In this document: positions 39,001 through 53,089 of the stretch, piece after piece
How positions within the stretch are numbered: the first letter of the stretch is position 1
How the letters are laid out: the number at the start of each line of letters is the position of its first letter
DNA from: Ascidiella aspersa
Taxonomy: Eukaryota
Assembly (NCBI GenBank): GCA_963924565.1
Contig: OZ004608.1
Location: 1,736,001 to 1,800,000 of the forward strand
DNA: 64,000 nt
Direction: 5' to 3'
Made by a program: the position numbers and the translations under genes
Notes under the pieces: generated by a model
Database searches by the model: none
What the model saw: only the letters and a program-made list of their open reading frames with translations
What the model was told of the DNA's origin: nothing

Positions 39001-41787
39001 TTACTCAGGGTATCGATTATTTTTAGTTTAAATGGCCAAGACAATGGGTATAACCCTTACAGCGGCTCTTAACAATAATGATATGAACCAGATGACTTGA
39101 CTTACGTACACTTTTTGGGAAAAATAACATGACTAAAATTAAAAATTCGGTTAATTAAGTCAAAATAGATAAAGTTGATGACAAAATGTATCCTAAAATT
39201 TTATTTTTTTTTAAATAATTTGGCTGCGGTTTATGTTTTTTTTAAATAATTTAGAATAGGAATATATTGATTTTGTTAAAATTTTTTTCAAATTATTCCA
39301 CTTCGACGTTCGTAATTTTTGCAAATTACCTTACTTTTGCTTTTCGTGTTTTGCAAATACGTTGAAGTTTATTAACAAATGAAATAGGTTAGCCTGAACG
39401 TATTTCTGCAAATAACTGGACTTTGACCTAATCACTTTAAAGAGCTCTGTTAACAAGTTATCCTGGCTGGTTGAAACAAGTTTGATTCCAGGCAGACCAA
39501 AACTACGTTCCACCTAGTTTATAGACACATCAAGAGTGGCGTTGTTCTGCTTGAAATCTAATTGGTTTCAAACCGTCAAGACTAACTTGCTTTGGCTAAA
39601 TCATTTAACAAGTTATCCTTGCCGGTTTGTAGCAGTTAGATTTCAGGCGGAATATAACTGTACGTTCGTCTTAGTTTCCAGTGGAAAGCGTGGTTTTGTT
39701 GTTTGAGTGGTTAACCCGTGAAAAGGCGGGTTAAGGATCCGATGTTTTGCTGAAGGCGTTTCCATCCCGACGAGATCATACACGTGGTTGTATCCGCACT
39801 AAATGCACAAGCACTCACCGACTGAAAGCATAATACAGTATTTAGGCTTCACTTAGTAGAGCATATAGGTTCTGGTATTCAATAGCAGGGGCCTTGGGCC
39901 CATTGTGGGTATGTGGACTTTTTAGGGGGTACACTAACGCCCAGAAACAGGTTAAAATCAAGCACTGCAATACATCATTGTTTCTAAACTTTTGCCACCC
40001 AAGTTGGAATTAAGCTATAATAGTCTTGTATAATTTAATATAGTCTTTTGAAATGTTAATCGTATTTTAAAATGTTCATATTGCCCTTAAAACTTATAGT
40101 CTTGTATTTTTTTTTGAGTTCCATTTAGGTAAAATGTTTGCTTTAAAGCAGGCATTGAATAATTGTCGCGTTTAAGTTTTTTAAGTTCCTTGAACTATTT
40201 CATTGTTTTTCTTTTTTCAAAAGCGCCCCCTAAACTTTGTTTGTTAAGTATGGGCTATAAGTTAATTTTTTTATGTATTTTACCATGCAATAGTTCCGTA
40301 AACGTTGGTTAACAATTACAATTACCAGAGGAACTGTTTTTGATTTATAGTTTCGTACTTGTCTATCTTTTTTAATATCAGGGGTTTAATAACGGTCCTA
40401 GGTATTGCTTTTAGGGGTCCAGGAAGGGTTTTAGGGTTCCATAAGGTTTTTAAGGGTCTATGAAGTGATTTAGGGGTAAATGACTAATTAACAGCACAGC
40501 TTATTATTTAAAAATTTGCATGAATTTACGAGTTTAATAGAAAACAACACTTTTGTCGCCTTCCTAAATGGTATACAACTTTATTTCAGTTTCAATCAGT
40601 TCCGATAGATCCATGGCTCGTAAACTTGGGTCCGTAAATCCCCAGGGGTCCGTGAACATGTTTTAGGAGTCCATTAGGTCATAAAAACACGTTAAAATCG
40701 TATCTTATTATTTAAAAAACAAAATTAATTGAGTTGAAACATGTTAAAATTTTATCTTATTGTTTTAAAAAATAAAACAATTTTGTTTTTAAAAAATTAA
40801 ACAACAACACTTTTGGCGCCTTCTCGAATTTACTTTCAGTTTCGTATTTTTGTACCTAAAACAGCAGGTTTCTTGAGAAACACTGGTTTAGCTGGATGTA
40901 ACTTGGTCTGCTGTGTTGCGCCATTAGTCTGGATAGAAATGAACTTTAATCGCGTTTAAATGAGGCCATACCTTCCCCGTGGTGGTGCATGCAACATGAC
41001 AACACGTGCTGTGCGGAAGAATAGGCAGTTACGTGGTGGGAGGGAAATTAAGGATTCATCATCGTTGCGTGAAACGTCTGGCATGAAAATTGGCTTAGAG
41101 CATGAGATCTAGATCTACATGAAACAAAGGCGAAATAAGTCTATCAGGGCCGTTAATATTACAGCGATAAAAATAAAGCTGGAGATTGATTGTGATTAGC
41201 TGCCAGATCATTTTATTTATTTTAGCCATATTTTTGACAGTGTTTCTCAGCCTGGGTTTGAAAAACCCACAGGGTTCACATAAAATATTTTCAAGGTACT
41301 TTAACAGCAGTTAAGGCTTTATGCGCGGGTATTAAATATATTTTTTTTACTTAGGGTTGCCACAGAGTACTTTTTAAGTCCTTCGTATAGTCTTTGAATT
41401 TATACTTTCCGCAATAAGACCAGTTTTTATATTATTGATTACTGCCGACCATGGCATTTATACTGTTTAGTTTTTAAATTTTTATTAACATTTTTTTGCC
41501 GACCCCCGGCATATTGTCCTTTTTAAAATAAAGCGCAGTTGGAATGTTGTCCAACGCAATTCCAACCAGATACAAGTTAAACATTGAACGGAAATGTATT
41601 CCAGCTGACTCACAAGTTTTGTTGTCTTTTATATTTCGAGCCATTTATATTTCTTTTAACGATATCCAAGGTAAAAAAAATCAACACACTTTACATCCGG
41701 CCAACCATCGTCAATTCTCACAGTTATCCGGTTCGTTAATAAAACGTTTGACCTATACCGGAAACAGGCTTACAACATATTGAAAGA

Positions 41788-42235
41788 ATAGAAATCCTTC
41801 TTCTTATGTAAAGGAAGTTAGAAAACGACGTTTCGGCAGAAGATATCAGCTGACCTCGTAATAAGCTAGCTAACGCATTTTCGTTTTAATTTGTAGCCCT
41901 GATGAGGTCAGCTGGTATCTGCTGCTAAACCTTGGCCCCTCTGGAATTTAAAAATGCGATTAATATTATTGTTTATAAGTTTTATTATTGTTTTATTATT
42001 TTAAGTTACTAATGGATTAATATTAATTTGTATATAAAGTTCTACTGATATAAAATATTTTATATATTGATATAATAGGCACTAAAGTAAAATTATGTGT
42101 ATATATTCATATTGCTCCCCCAAACCCCTGGAAAATTTTTCTACGGGCGGCTCTGCTAACGAGGTCAGCTGGCACCTGCTGTAGAAATGTCAGTTTAAAA
42201 CTTCGTTTACAACAGAAGAGCGATTTCTATTTATT
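41788..42235. repeat. Cluster of three decayed hammerhead-bearing repeat copies (about 41788-41862 on -, 41894-41937 on +, 42152-42235 on +), probable Penelope-like terminal repeat relics
   Basis: Shared core (CTGA)YGAGGTCAGCTGRTATCTGCTGCCGAAACGTCG. The first and third copies form an imperfect inverted repeat of about 70 bp, including the downstream aacttcstttaca...gatttctat tail, part of which also follows the 44967 copy. Confidence 0.6.
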
Positions 42236-43529
42236 GTTAGGTTGCCTTGTGGAGCTAACTCTATTTTAATTACAACCTCTTGCTTAGGATTTTCTTACAG
42301 AGTCGGTTGCGCGCGCAGCTTTGCTTTATTCAAGGAAAACACCCGGATGTTTTCGAGCCGCAAATAACTTGTTTTCCACTCGCTCGATTGGTAACGGAAG
42401 CGATAGAGCACGTGACCGATTGTTGAAGCATTATTACGTCACAGGAACAACAGGTGACGACATTAGCGGATACTTATTGCGCCAAAGATAGTAAAGTGTA
42501 AAAAAGGTGGGCCGAATTATATAATGGATCAGAATGGATAAAGGTTTTAGTTGGACGACTAGACGTAGAATGAATATCAAAGCCCATGCAGAAGTAGGTG
42601 CATTTGGAAGGTTTCGAATAACTTTTAAATAGTCATTTTCCAAAGAGTCTTATAGGATGATGTTGAAAAAATATAAGGATATTTGAAACGTTTAAAATGT
42701 AACCTACTTTTATATGGGATTAATTAGTTTGTGACGTATTGCTCGATACTGCTCGGTCAAGTTTGAGCAAAATGAGTTCACTTGAATCCATGTTGATCCG
42801 CGATTAATGACAAAAACAAACAAATCAAAATGGCTAGAAACCACTGTATGCTGAACATCCCCGTGTTTTTTTTTAATTTTAAACTTTTAAAGAAATTAGA
42901 GATATGTGTATGAGGTTAGGGAGCACTAAACAGAGCTACAACTTTAGTATTTATTTACCAGCTAATTTGTAGTTTTATTACCTTCTTAGTGGCTTATACC
43001 TGCTACCTTAGAACGCGTTAGTTTGCTGTTCGTCGGGCAGTTAGATACACTTGCATCCGGTTTGTTAAAGACTTCTCTATCTACGCACGAATGATTCAGA
43101 TTTAATAGAGTGGGCGTTTCATATTAATTCATCAACAGACCAGCATTCTGCAAGCCTGGGTAGCCCACTTCTTGGAAACTACGCCATTTGCTATTATTCT
43201 GCGTTTACGTTTTCCGTTTGCCTATAGAGTAGGCGATAAACTGCGCTGGTTGCTCATTGCACTAAAGCAGTGGTTTCCAACCTTAGTGACTATTCATGCG
43301 AAATTAAGGCAAATAGTAAATGGAAAATAACGCAAGTGTAATATCATTGCGGCTTCTGTGAGTTATATTTTCTATTTTCACTCTAATCTGCTTATAATCT
43401 AAAATCTATGTCTTGTGTTGGGAGAGAGGTTCCATAATTTATAAGAAAATTGGAAAAAGGTGTTTTTTGCAGCCAGTGCAACGACAGTAAAATCCACTAA
43501 GTGGTTTGCTGCCAGAAAACAGTTTAGAA

Positions 43530-44357
43530 CAGAGGTTTTCAACCTATGGGCCAGGACTTTGACTGAATTCGGAAATTTTTAGAAAACCGCAAAATCAGAA
43601 GATAAAGGAATGTAATACGTAAAATTTTCGGCGCCTTAGGCGCATTTCACTACAGAATATTCCTTTTTCTATTGGCTGCCTATCAAATTTGCTGATGTTG
43701 TCGATCAACATATATTTCGTAGGTGTGCTGCCGATTTTTTTAGCTGTTGGTGTGCTGCAATTAAAAAGGTTTTAGGACCTCTTACTTGTTTAATGCTTTG
43801 TAGCAAAGTTGAGATTTGAAACTGTGGTTTACCGGTGGCCATTTTGAACGTAGCTAAGTGGAGTAATTACATTCTCTGTGAGAGAACGTTGACGTAGTTT
43901 CGAATAATGCATATGTTGTACATATTGAAAGTCGTGTAACGTTGCTATAGTGCGCCAAAATGGCTTATTTTTTGCTGTAGTGTTTTTTAATTGCAGTCAT
44001 TTGGTATCTGTGTAATTTGAACAGCCACGTGTTGCTTGGCTTCGACAGATCATAGTTGGTGTGTATATGTGTTACTTGTCAAGTGTTGATTTTGCGTTTA
44101 CGCCCCTTCGTTTTCCTAATAGAAAACAGAAAGGCGTACGTCTTTCATTCTCCTGTTTATATATTGAGCTACCTGCCTGGGCGGTCCCAGGCCACGCCAT
44201 TAAGTATCGGGCAACGTAACACATTTGAAATAATATACAAGCTTTATTAATTTATTGCTTTGTTAAAACTTAGTGTTTTTCATCAAACGTTAATGGGCCA
44301 CCGCCATTTTTTTACTATTTAAGTGGGCCATGAGCAAAAAAAGGTTGAAAACCCCTG
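43530..44357. mobile_element. hAT-type non-autonomous element, 828 bp
   Basis: TIR CAGAGGTTTTCAACC / GGTTGAAAACCCCTG; perfect 8-bp TSD GTTTAGAA. Confidence 0.85.
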
Positions 44358-44966
44358 GTTTAGAACAAACGCTATAACTTTATGACAGTGATTTTTTAGA
44401 ATACGATTTTTTTTGGTTGTAATTAACACAGGTTTATATAAGCAAAACAGTTTCTTTTTAAACTAGTTGGTAGTAAATATCACATTTAAATAATGCCAAT
44501 AAAGTAGCGACAGTAAAAAACGACTAAATGTTACACAGCCGGAAAAGTTTGAGAAACACTGAGTTAAAACTTTCGGCTATATTAAGTTAATCAGATCTAG
44601 CAAAGTGGAGTGGTCCATTGATTTCAACTACAACTATACGGCGGAGTTTAATAATGCAGCCGTTCTAGAGTGCATCAATCGATTTGTCTTGGCATTGTTA
44701 GGTAACAAACGGCGATTGTCTGCGTATATCAACTGACCTGTTTTAAAAGGGATCAAGGTTAAGGGCCGCTCTACTTGCTCATCAGCTGTTTCCTAACTTC
44801 TCACTTCTGTTTCGTTGTCAATGTGTGTTCCAGAGTCAGTTAGTTTATAGCTGAACACTTTAAGCAGAAGTTTATGTTAACTGCAAACTTGATCAGCTAT
44901 AGTCATTTTTACACTAGCTTTTTATTCAATATATCATCTGGCTAAAGTTGTCTCGTTATAATTATT

Positions 44967-45008
44967 AACCCTGAAAAGGTGGGGGTATTTGCTGCCGAAA
45001 CGTCGGTT
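44967..45008 (+). ncRNA. Degenerate minimal hammerhead ribozyme motif (second family)
   Basis: aacc-CTGAAAA-ggtgg(gggtatttg)ctgcc-GAAA-cg-TC-ggtt: perfect 4-bp stem I, ACGT palindrome and GUC site, but G8 of the core is replaced by A. Confidence 0.55.
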
Positions 45009-45196
45009 TGTAACTTCGTTTGTTTCAAAGTTTTGTAAGGGCAATTTTTATTTATTAGTGGACTTTTGTTGTTGAAGGCCTGTTTTGTGTTTGAGTAATT
45101 TAAAAGATGTCTAAAGCTTTATTCAAAGTTAAGGTCGTGGTAGATTATCATCTCAGTATTTTGTATTTGCCTATAAGGCATTGCAAGTGACTACGT

Positions 45197-45495
45197 CAGT
45201 GGTTCTCAACCGGGGTGCGTGGCACCCTGGTGTGCCATTTGTAATGCTCAAGGGTGCCGATAGGTAGTTTTGAATTTTTAAGAATCTTATTTTTCCTCAA
45301 TTGGTAAGCTTTTTGATACAACTATTTGTGTACGATTAAAGACCATTATATTAGATGACATTTGTCCTACATGTTTTAGGTTAATTTAAGTTCTATTCTA
45401 TTTATAGTGGCATTGGAGTAAAACACTCAACGAAAATCTATTTATTATTTTTAAGGGGTACTGTACCGTAAGCCATAAAAAGTTGAGAATCACTG
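45197..45495. mobile_element. hAT-type MITE
   Basis: Termini CAGTGGTTCTCAAC / GTTGAGAATCACTG; TSD gactacgt / tactacgt (7 of 8). Confidence 0.8.
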
Positions 45496-48400
45496 TACTA
45501 CGTTATACCCATGGCTTAAGTTAATGTTAAGTTTACTTGTAAGGTATCTTTGCTTATTGTATTTGCGTGCAAGAAATGGAAGGAAACAGCTTATGACATG
45601 ATAAGTATTCTGCCATCACTCTCCCAGCCATGCGTTGGTGGATGAAATGAACTGTTGTTAGTAGTATTAAGCGGATTAAGAGTGGTTTTGAGTTGAGGTG
45701 TGTATTTCAACTTTGATAGCTCGTTCCATTATTGTTAAAATAAATGTGGTAGGATTGTAGACCAGCGCAAATTTCTTTCCCCTTTAAGGCAATGGCCCTC
45801 CAACCTTTTCCTTGAAACGCTTGTCGAAATGTTTGTTGTCCTCTATTTGTAGAAATTTTTGCTTAATTTGTATAACTAGGCTATATGTTGTATCAGAAAA
45901 TCGCTAACAAATGTGCATTAGTTTCGTTATGATGATTTAAAACGCGAATGTCAGGGAATAATATTATCTTTAAGCATTTCATTAGTGCAATTGGGTTTAG
46001 ATGCAAAACGTTATCACTGTGCGCGCCCTTGAAAGTAAAACAACGAACCGGGGAGTCACGGCGCACAGTTTAAGAACCTCTCGCATAAGTACCTAAATAT
46101 GTACCCCCTTGCAATACTTGATTTAAAAACAGAGAACTTTTAATAGAATTCGACAAATGAAACCTGACATTGGTGCTGTGTACTTTTTTGCTTAATTTAT
46201 TTTTCGAAATAGCTGACAAAACTAATTTCAGTCACGCGATGCAAATAGTAGATTTACATTGATGTTTTATGTGTTTCTAGCGTATTGGTTAATCTCACTT
46301 TTTACTTTGGTTTAAAGTTCGAAATCATTTGTTGTATGTTTGAACTCCTAAGAGTCAGTAAAAAATCATAATATATCAACTTGAATAAAAGCGTTTTGAG
46401 AAATCGACAAAGCCGATTAAATTCGACTTTGAAATCGAATATTTAGACGTTTCAAATTACAAAGCCTCTGTCGGCAGTCCAAGTCTTAGAAGGGAGTGCG
46501 ACTTTAAACAACAAACTTAACGATTATATTTCCCGAATCCACTGGGGCCTTTCGCATGCGATAATATTGACTAGTGTACAATATAAACGCGTCAAACTGC
46601 TAAATGTTGCCACGCTATTAAACGTTCCTCTGGATTAGCATTTTAAAAGTAAAAAAGGCGATGTATTTGTTTAATACTAGTATTACTGGCTGCTTGCATT
46701 TTAGGGCTTGACAATGGAATATATCTAGGGATGACGTCACAAGTTTTCGTCATAAATAAAACAAGCCACTAGCTGAAACATGACGTGGTATGGCGATCTC
46801 TTGCGCAAATAACAAACTAAAATATTAGTTGAAATGCTTTCGGAAGATGAACACTAAGCATAAGAACGTAGCAAGAATTTGTTTATGGGATGAAATGGGC
46901 AAAAAATGACCTAAAAGGGAAAAAAACATATAATAGATATCAAATCAATACAGATTATTTTGAACGTTTTGAATAAATCTTTATTCTTTTTAGAGATTTT
47001 TGAAACGTCACAGAATGCTACCTTCTTGTGTATGGGCTTTGATATTTATTCTACGTCTAACTACAACCTCCAGCCATTACGCTCCAAAACTTCAGAACAT
47101 ATTTTTTACGAAACGCCAATGGATTCAATCGAGCGAATTTGTTAAGTTTCTTGTTACAGCGGTTTTTTAACCATTTGTAAGTTTTCGATGAAGCATTGTA
47201 GCAGCCACTTGTCAAATACTTGGCGAAGATACCACAAACCAGATTAGAAAGAGCTGATTAAGCAACTCTTTTTTCAACCTGCTTTTGCAATCATTGCATG
47301 CAGTGTTTTCCTCAAGGAACTTTGCCACTGGGGAAATATTTTTTTAGTGAACATGAATAATATATTGCTGACTGAACATATATTTATGAATCTTGAGAAT
47401 TTGGATAATTAGTATGAAATTTTAAACCAACTCACAAAGTATTTAAATCACACAGCTTTCCCTTGTTATTGAGTTCTTATGGAAATAAATTTTGCCGCGG
47501 AAGTGTTCAGGTGGGGCGCTGTTAGCGCAAAAGCATTGGTTCCTAAACTTTTTTTATAGAGGACCCTTAAAATATTTTTGCTTTTTACGGGCATGCTCGA
47601 CATGAAGTTTTTAAAGCTAGCATCATATATTGACGTCATCAATAAGAGACTAAAGTGACCTGCTGTTTTCGGTCCAAAAGTTGGAAACTGAAATGGACTC
47701 TAAATACATTCAGTGGGAAAGGGTTGCGTTAATTAGGCTTTTTTAATTTGTCGAAAACATATTTCACTTTTCAAAGGAAACAATAATATTTTAATTATGC
47801 GTTTAATTACTCCCTAAAACTTGGCCACGTATACCCCAGTTTAAGAATTCCTGTCTTAGCAGCAAACACTGATTGCATTGATTTGTTTCCGGTGAAGTAT
47901 CCGCCCAGCAAACTGCTAAAAGGTTTCCAAATCCCGGATTAGTCGGTGTGTGTATTAGAGTGCGTGTACCGATCCCACTATCGATCTCGCCTGTATGACG
48001 TCATAAACGACCTGACAATTCGACCGCGCGCGGTCCTGGGACTGGTGACGCGATTCTAGGCTTTGCAAAGTGAATCGACGATTTATCGACAAATTTAGCA
48101 AAGTTGCTCCTTGTACCCGCTAACTAGCAATTAGCACACGAAAGATTGTTGTTGTAAGTTTTTCCCTTGTCGATTATGCACGAGTTTTAGTACAGCTTTG
48201 TAGTTAGATGTATTAAGAATATCAAAGCCCATACAGAAGTAGGTGGGATTTTGTAAGCGTTTCGAATATCTATTTATTAATTTTCATCATCAGATGGTGA
48301 TTTACCGTCTAACTAAAACACCCAACCATTATGCTCCAAAGCATTGGAAATATTTAAATAGATTGTGGCTAAATTGAAAAAGTATATTTCTAACTCGTAC

Positions 48401-51400
48401 ATTGTTTTGTTTAAACTGGTGTTCCTCAACCCTTCTTGAGGTTGAATGTTAACCTAGAATATGTTGAATTCATTAGGACAGAATTTCCAGTTTAACTGAA
48501 TTAACGCAAGTGATATCGACCGGTATAAAGTGAATAGACGAAAGTTTTCAGGATTATATTAGTCCATAGTTTATCTGTAAACGCAGCATTTTTCTGCTGG
48601 AGGTAAAGTTTAGCTTTTTACCAAGTCACGTGTCCCGGGTTAGACTTATGTTTTGTCGCTTTCGCGTCGCGTTTCGACATGTATATGACGTAACAATGGA
48701 AAATCGAACGCTGAATCGCGGTTGTTTGGTTGTAATTGGCATTTGACGCGACAAATTTATTGTGACGTGGACCGTCCACCAAATACTAAGGAAATAACGA
48801 AACAGCAGCTTGTTAAGGGACGGACATTGACCAAATATCACGGGTCAAGCGGTTGACCCCTGACCTGTGGGTTAAAGTTTAACTCCTTGTTGCATCTTAA
48901 GCCTTACAAAAGCAAATGCTTCTATAAACGGCAGTTTTAACTTAAGTTAAAGAAACAAAGTGTAATGTTTTGAAACGTATACGTTTAAACTTTAAACAGT
49001 TTAATGTTTTTACCATATCACCTAAAAAGTATTAATAATTGAAGAAAAAAAGACTGTTTATCAAAACTTTACCGTTTTAAATATAACCCCCAAATCGTCT
49101 CCAATATACAGCAATGTAGGTAACAGGTGTAGTCACTGGTTGGCGCGGTTTTGACATTGCATCCTGGCTAGCAGCCATGACCTTGGTGTGTTTACAGTTG
49201 GCGCTTTGTTCGCTCGACACATTTTATTCCACGAATGTTGGCAACTGCCGGTAGCGAGTAAATTTACGGGCTTGTTTACTTCATCGAGGCTTCGTTGCAA
49301 TTTGCATGCTCGTTTTGTGTTGGAAAGGACTAAGCAAGGTGGAAACTTTAAAAGCTTTTAAGTTTATTACTGTCTTACTGTCTCTGCGCTCACGTATGTG
49401 TATGTGTGTGCGTAGCATTAAGCATATAATTCACATTCAAACGTATGTAATTATTTTAATGTGCCTATGTGTAAAAAGCAAAAAGGATAATTACATCACT
49501 TATGTGTCTAAATTTCAACACTGGAATTACCGTTATTTTATGATTTAATTTTCTTTTTATTCGTTTGATAATGTTAATATGTATACTCATCTCTCCTAAA
49601 ACACCAGCATTAAGTGGTTAGTTACGTGGTAAGTTTGTAAACAAGGGAATGGAGTCTGCCAACGCAAAATTCTATTTTAAACTTGAGGTTTGTGGCCAAT
49701 ATTCTGAACAACGCTTTTCAGCTTGTGTTGAAATACAGATCTATTTGTAAGCGAAAAAATACCGATTTGAACAATTGCGGAAATTAATTTTAAAATGATT
49801 TTAACGCGGCGAAGAATACTTTTACAACCAACAACGCAGTGTTTCGTTTGAACTTTGTAATATGTTACTCGAAACTAAACATTAGCAGCAATTCCTGGAA
49901 TTTGCTTGCAGAAGACAAGCGCATCTTATAGCACGCAGCATCGAATCCATAAATTGATTGCAGCCTGCGTTCGCCATTTGCTAATCTGTAGCCTTATCAA
50001 AGGAGGAGTGCCTCCCAAGAACAAATGCAGTTGATTCTGGCGTTTGTAAAACAGCCGTTCATCCAAGGCCAGTTAGGGTACGTTTTTAGGGCCTAAAAAT
50101 ACGTTCTGCGGTATTTTGAGGTTGTTGTTAGGACATGATAAGGCCGTAAACGGACAATTGCAAAGGTGGATAGCATATGGTGGATATTTTTCAACCATGT
50201 ATTGTGAGTGAATGAATTATACGACACCCCTGTAAGTGGATTGCTGAATATCCACGTTATTTTAGTTTAATACAGGCTGCAGAGTCAGAGTCGGACTGGG
50301 GACTCGACGAAATCGGCAAATTTGGTCGGACTCGGCCCAGGTTAATTTTAACCGACTACGCAGCCCTGCAGAAACTTTAACCGGCTTTTCATGGGCTTGA
50401 TGTGACTTGAAAGGCTTACAAGGTAACTTGAATTAAAGTTCAGCCACTTTTTTAAATTGTCGAAGCGTAAAAAAAACAATTAAATTGTTTGAAAAAAAAA
50501 CACGCTTAATTCTTATAAACAACACGAACGCAGACATTATAGAGGCGTGTTACGTTGCATTATATAAATGCCGATTGCATTTCTTAAAACCTCTTAGTAT
50601 ACATTGTAATGCACATATATGCAGACTTGCTCTACACTTATGTGTAACTTGAGAACTAGGGGCGGATACAGCGTTTCTAAAGCAAGTAAAGACGTTTAAG
50701 AATATAGGTTATGCAAAGGCTTTATAGTTGATCTGCAGTTTGAATGCAAAGGTAGATAAAGGAACTAAGACGTAGAATTTGTTTTAGGCTTAGTGTGAGT
50801 TTTAAAATAAGTCGTAGTTTTAAATACCTAAATATTTCCTAAAAGTTTTATTTGTGCATTTGTTTAGAACATTTTTGGCCCACATGCTTTTTTTGTAAAT
50901 ATATCTAACTCTGTTCTACTTTAAATAACAGCAGCATATATTTTTCGCCGGATGTTTTTACGTTTTTGGATTTAAAAGGGCCTTTTATTTGTTGCAAAAT
51001 AAAACAATGTCAAGTCTTTAATGGTCCCATACAACAGCATTTCCCTCTGTTTTTTTTTTAATTTACCGATTTGGTTTAGAGGCAAATATTTCAGTCGATA
51101 CGCGGTGTTTTTGGTAAAATCGTATTGCACCATTTGCTTGGAGTTATTGATGCAATCTATCGGATATTGCATCCTTGATTTTCGTACCTTTTGAGTTGTT
51201 TAACAAAATGATATTTCAGTTTAAAAGGCGGAATTTTTTTGACTAAACTCAAATTTCGCCACCTACAACATTGTTTAAAGCAGGGTCCACTTAAATACGG
51301 CTGTAGGGCTTGGTTGTGTCGCGGTACAATTGCTATGATGGAGATAAAATAAAGTTAAAATGTTGTCGCAAGCAAAAATATTTATAGAATTGTAAAAACT

Positions 51401-53089
51401 GAAATGTTTGATTTTAAACTGAATGAGTGACCTCTGAATTTTGCATGACTGCAAAACACGGACAAATTAAACCGGAATATGCATGATTCCTAAACCATGT
51501 AAGTTTGATACGTAGCCATGGTTCAGTGTGGTTTAAGATGGCCGCATTTCCTGTTTAGCGGCCTGTGACTAAACTACACGGGTTGAGGACAACAACCTAC
51601 ACCTGATGTCACAGTCACCATCACAATCATCATTCAACGCTTGTTGTTGTTCGAAATTTTGCCATTGATGACGACATAATGCTGTTGATTGTCCCGTGAT
51701 TGATGGCTTATAAGTAGACAAACAAATACAGTCACACATTCTTGTTTTTCCATTTCATGTTCGTCACGCAACGTCGATGATTGAGAGTTTTAATTAGTAT
51801 TTTGCCAAGCATAATTTGGCTAATACTTGTTTTTAACATAGTCCGCGTAGTATACTGAGGTTTAGTACATTGACAGCGTATTTATCAGCAATATCTTTGA
51901 AAATGCACTAAAAGCTGGCCTAAGAACAAATCAAAGCAATATAAGCAAGAGAGTTTATAGCTTCTGTACGTGTCGTAACATTGTGAAATGATGACATCTT
52001 ATTAAACCCTGGGAAAAGCATTGGAATGCGAACTCATTGTGTGAACGAGCCATAAAAAGTAGTTGACCATTTTTAACGCCTTTTTGCAAAACTGAGTGTT
52101 CCTTCAAAAGATGAAAAGAAGATTTTTTCTCTGCAGTGAAAGGTAGACGCGCTGTAAAATCCCATACAGCAGTGTTTTTTCAATATTTTTCGCGGCGTAC
52201 TTGGGTAAGTTTAAACGCTATAGTAAGTTGGGATATAATTAATACGAGCCATGTCTTCACATCGCTTCCACGATTTCTCAAATCCTAAAGAAATCTTGGT
52301 TTTGATCAGCCTAATAAATCTAATCATATAAAACTACTGCAGTCCAACCAAATCAAACTACCACACTATGTGAAGTAAATCGCGACCCATGGAGAGAAAC
52401 ACTGTTACCTAGGCAACCAAGACTACGCGTCCAAGTTTCGCTAGTGACGTCATAATTGCGCGCGAAAAGGTCGTGGTTTATGAGACTTAATCGTTGGCGA
52501 GTTGCCAGCGAAAATACGAGTTCATTTGCAGCGTTCGAAAATTCATGGCTGACTTAATTCCCGTCACGTGGTTTTTATCGCTGTGCTTAAAATGCTTAAC
52601 GCAAGATTCGAAATTTAATTTATACAGTCGAGTTCTGTGCTATCGTTACTGCCTTGTTAGTTGATGAAATTATTCATATGATGTTTTTGTACATATTTGC
52701 AACATGATGGCTGGAGGTTGTAGTTAAACGTGGAGAATACCAAAGCCCATACAGAAGTAGGTGGCATTTTAAGAACGTTTCGAATAACTCTTTATTGATT
52801 TTCAATATTTTTAAGCATTTTTTATACAGTTTGCAATTTTTCTACTTTAATATACATCGGCCCGTGGTAATTGTACTTGCTACTAATGCAATATTCGGAT
52901 GAATTGGAATATAATACAATCAACGACGTCATAATAATTATTTTTGCACGTTGTCATTAGAAAGCGGTAAATTACGTCTTTAGTTGTTTTAAAATAGCAG
53001 ATTTTGAAAAACTGGGAAAAAAAACAATTGTTTGTTTCTACCCCTGCGTTGATGACGTAGGTGAGGTGCAAAAAAAGACTGTGATCACT

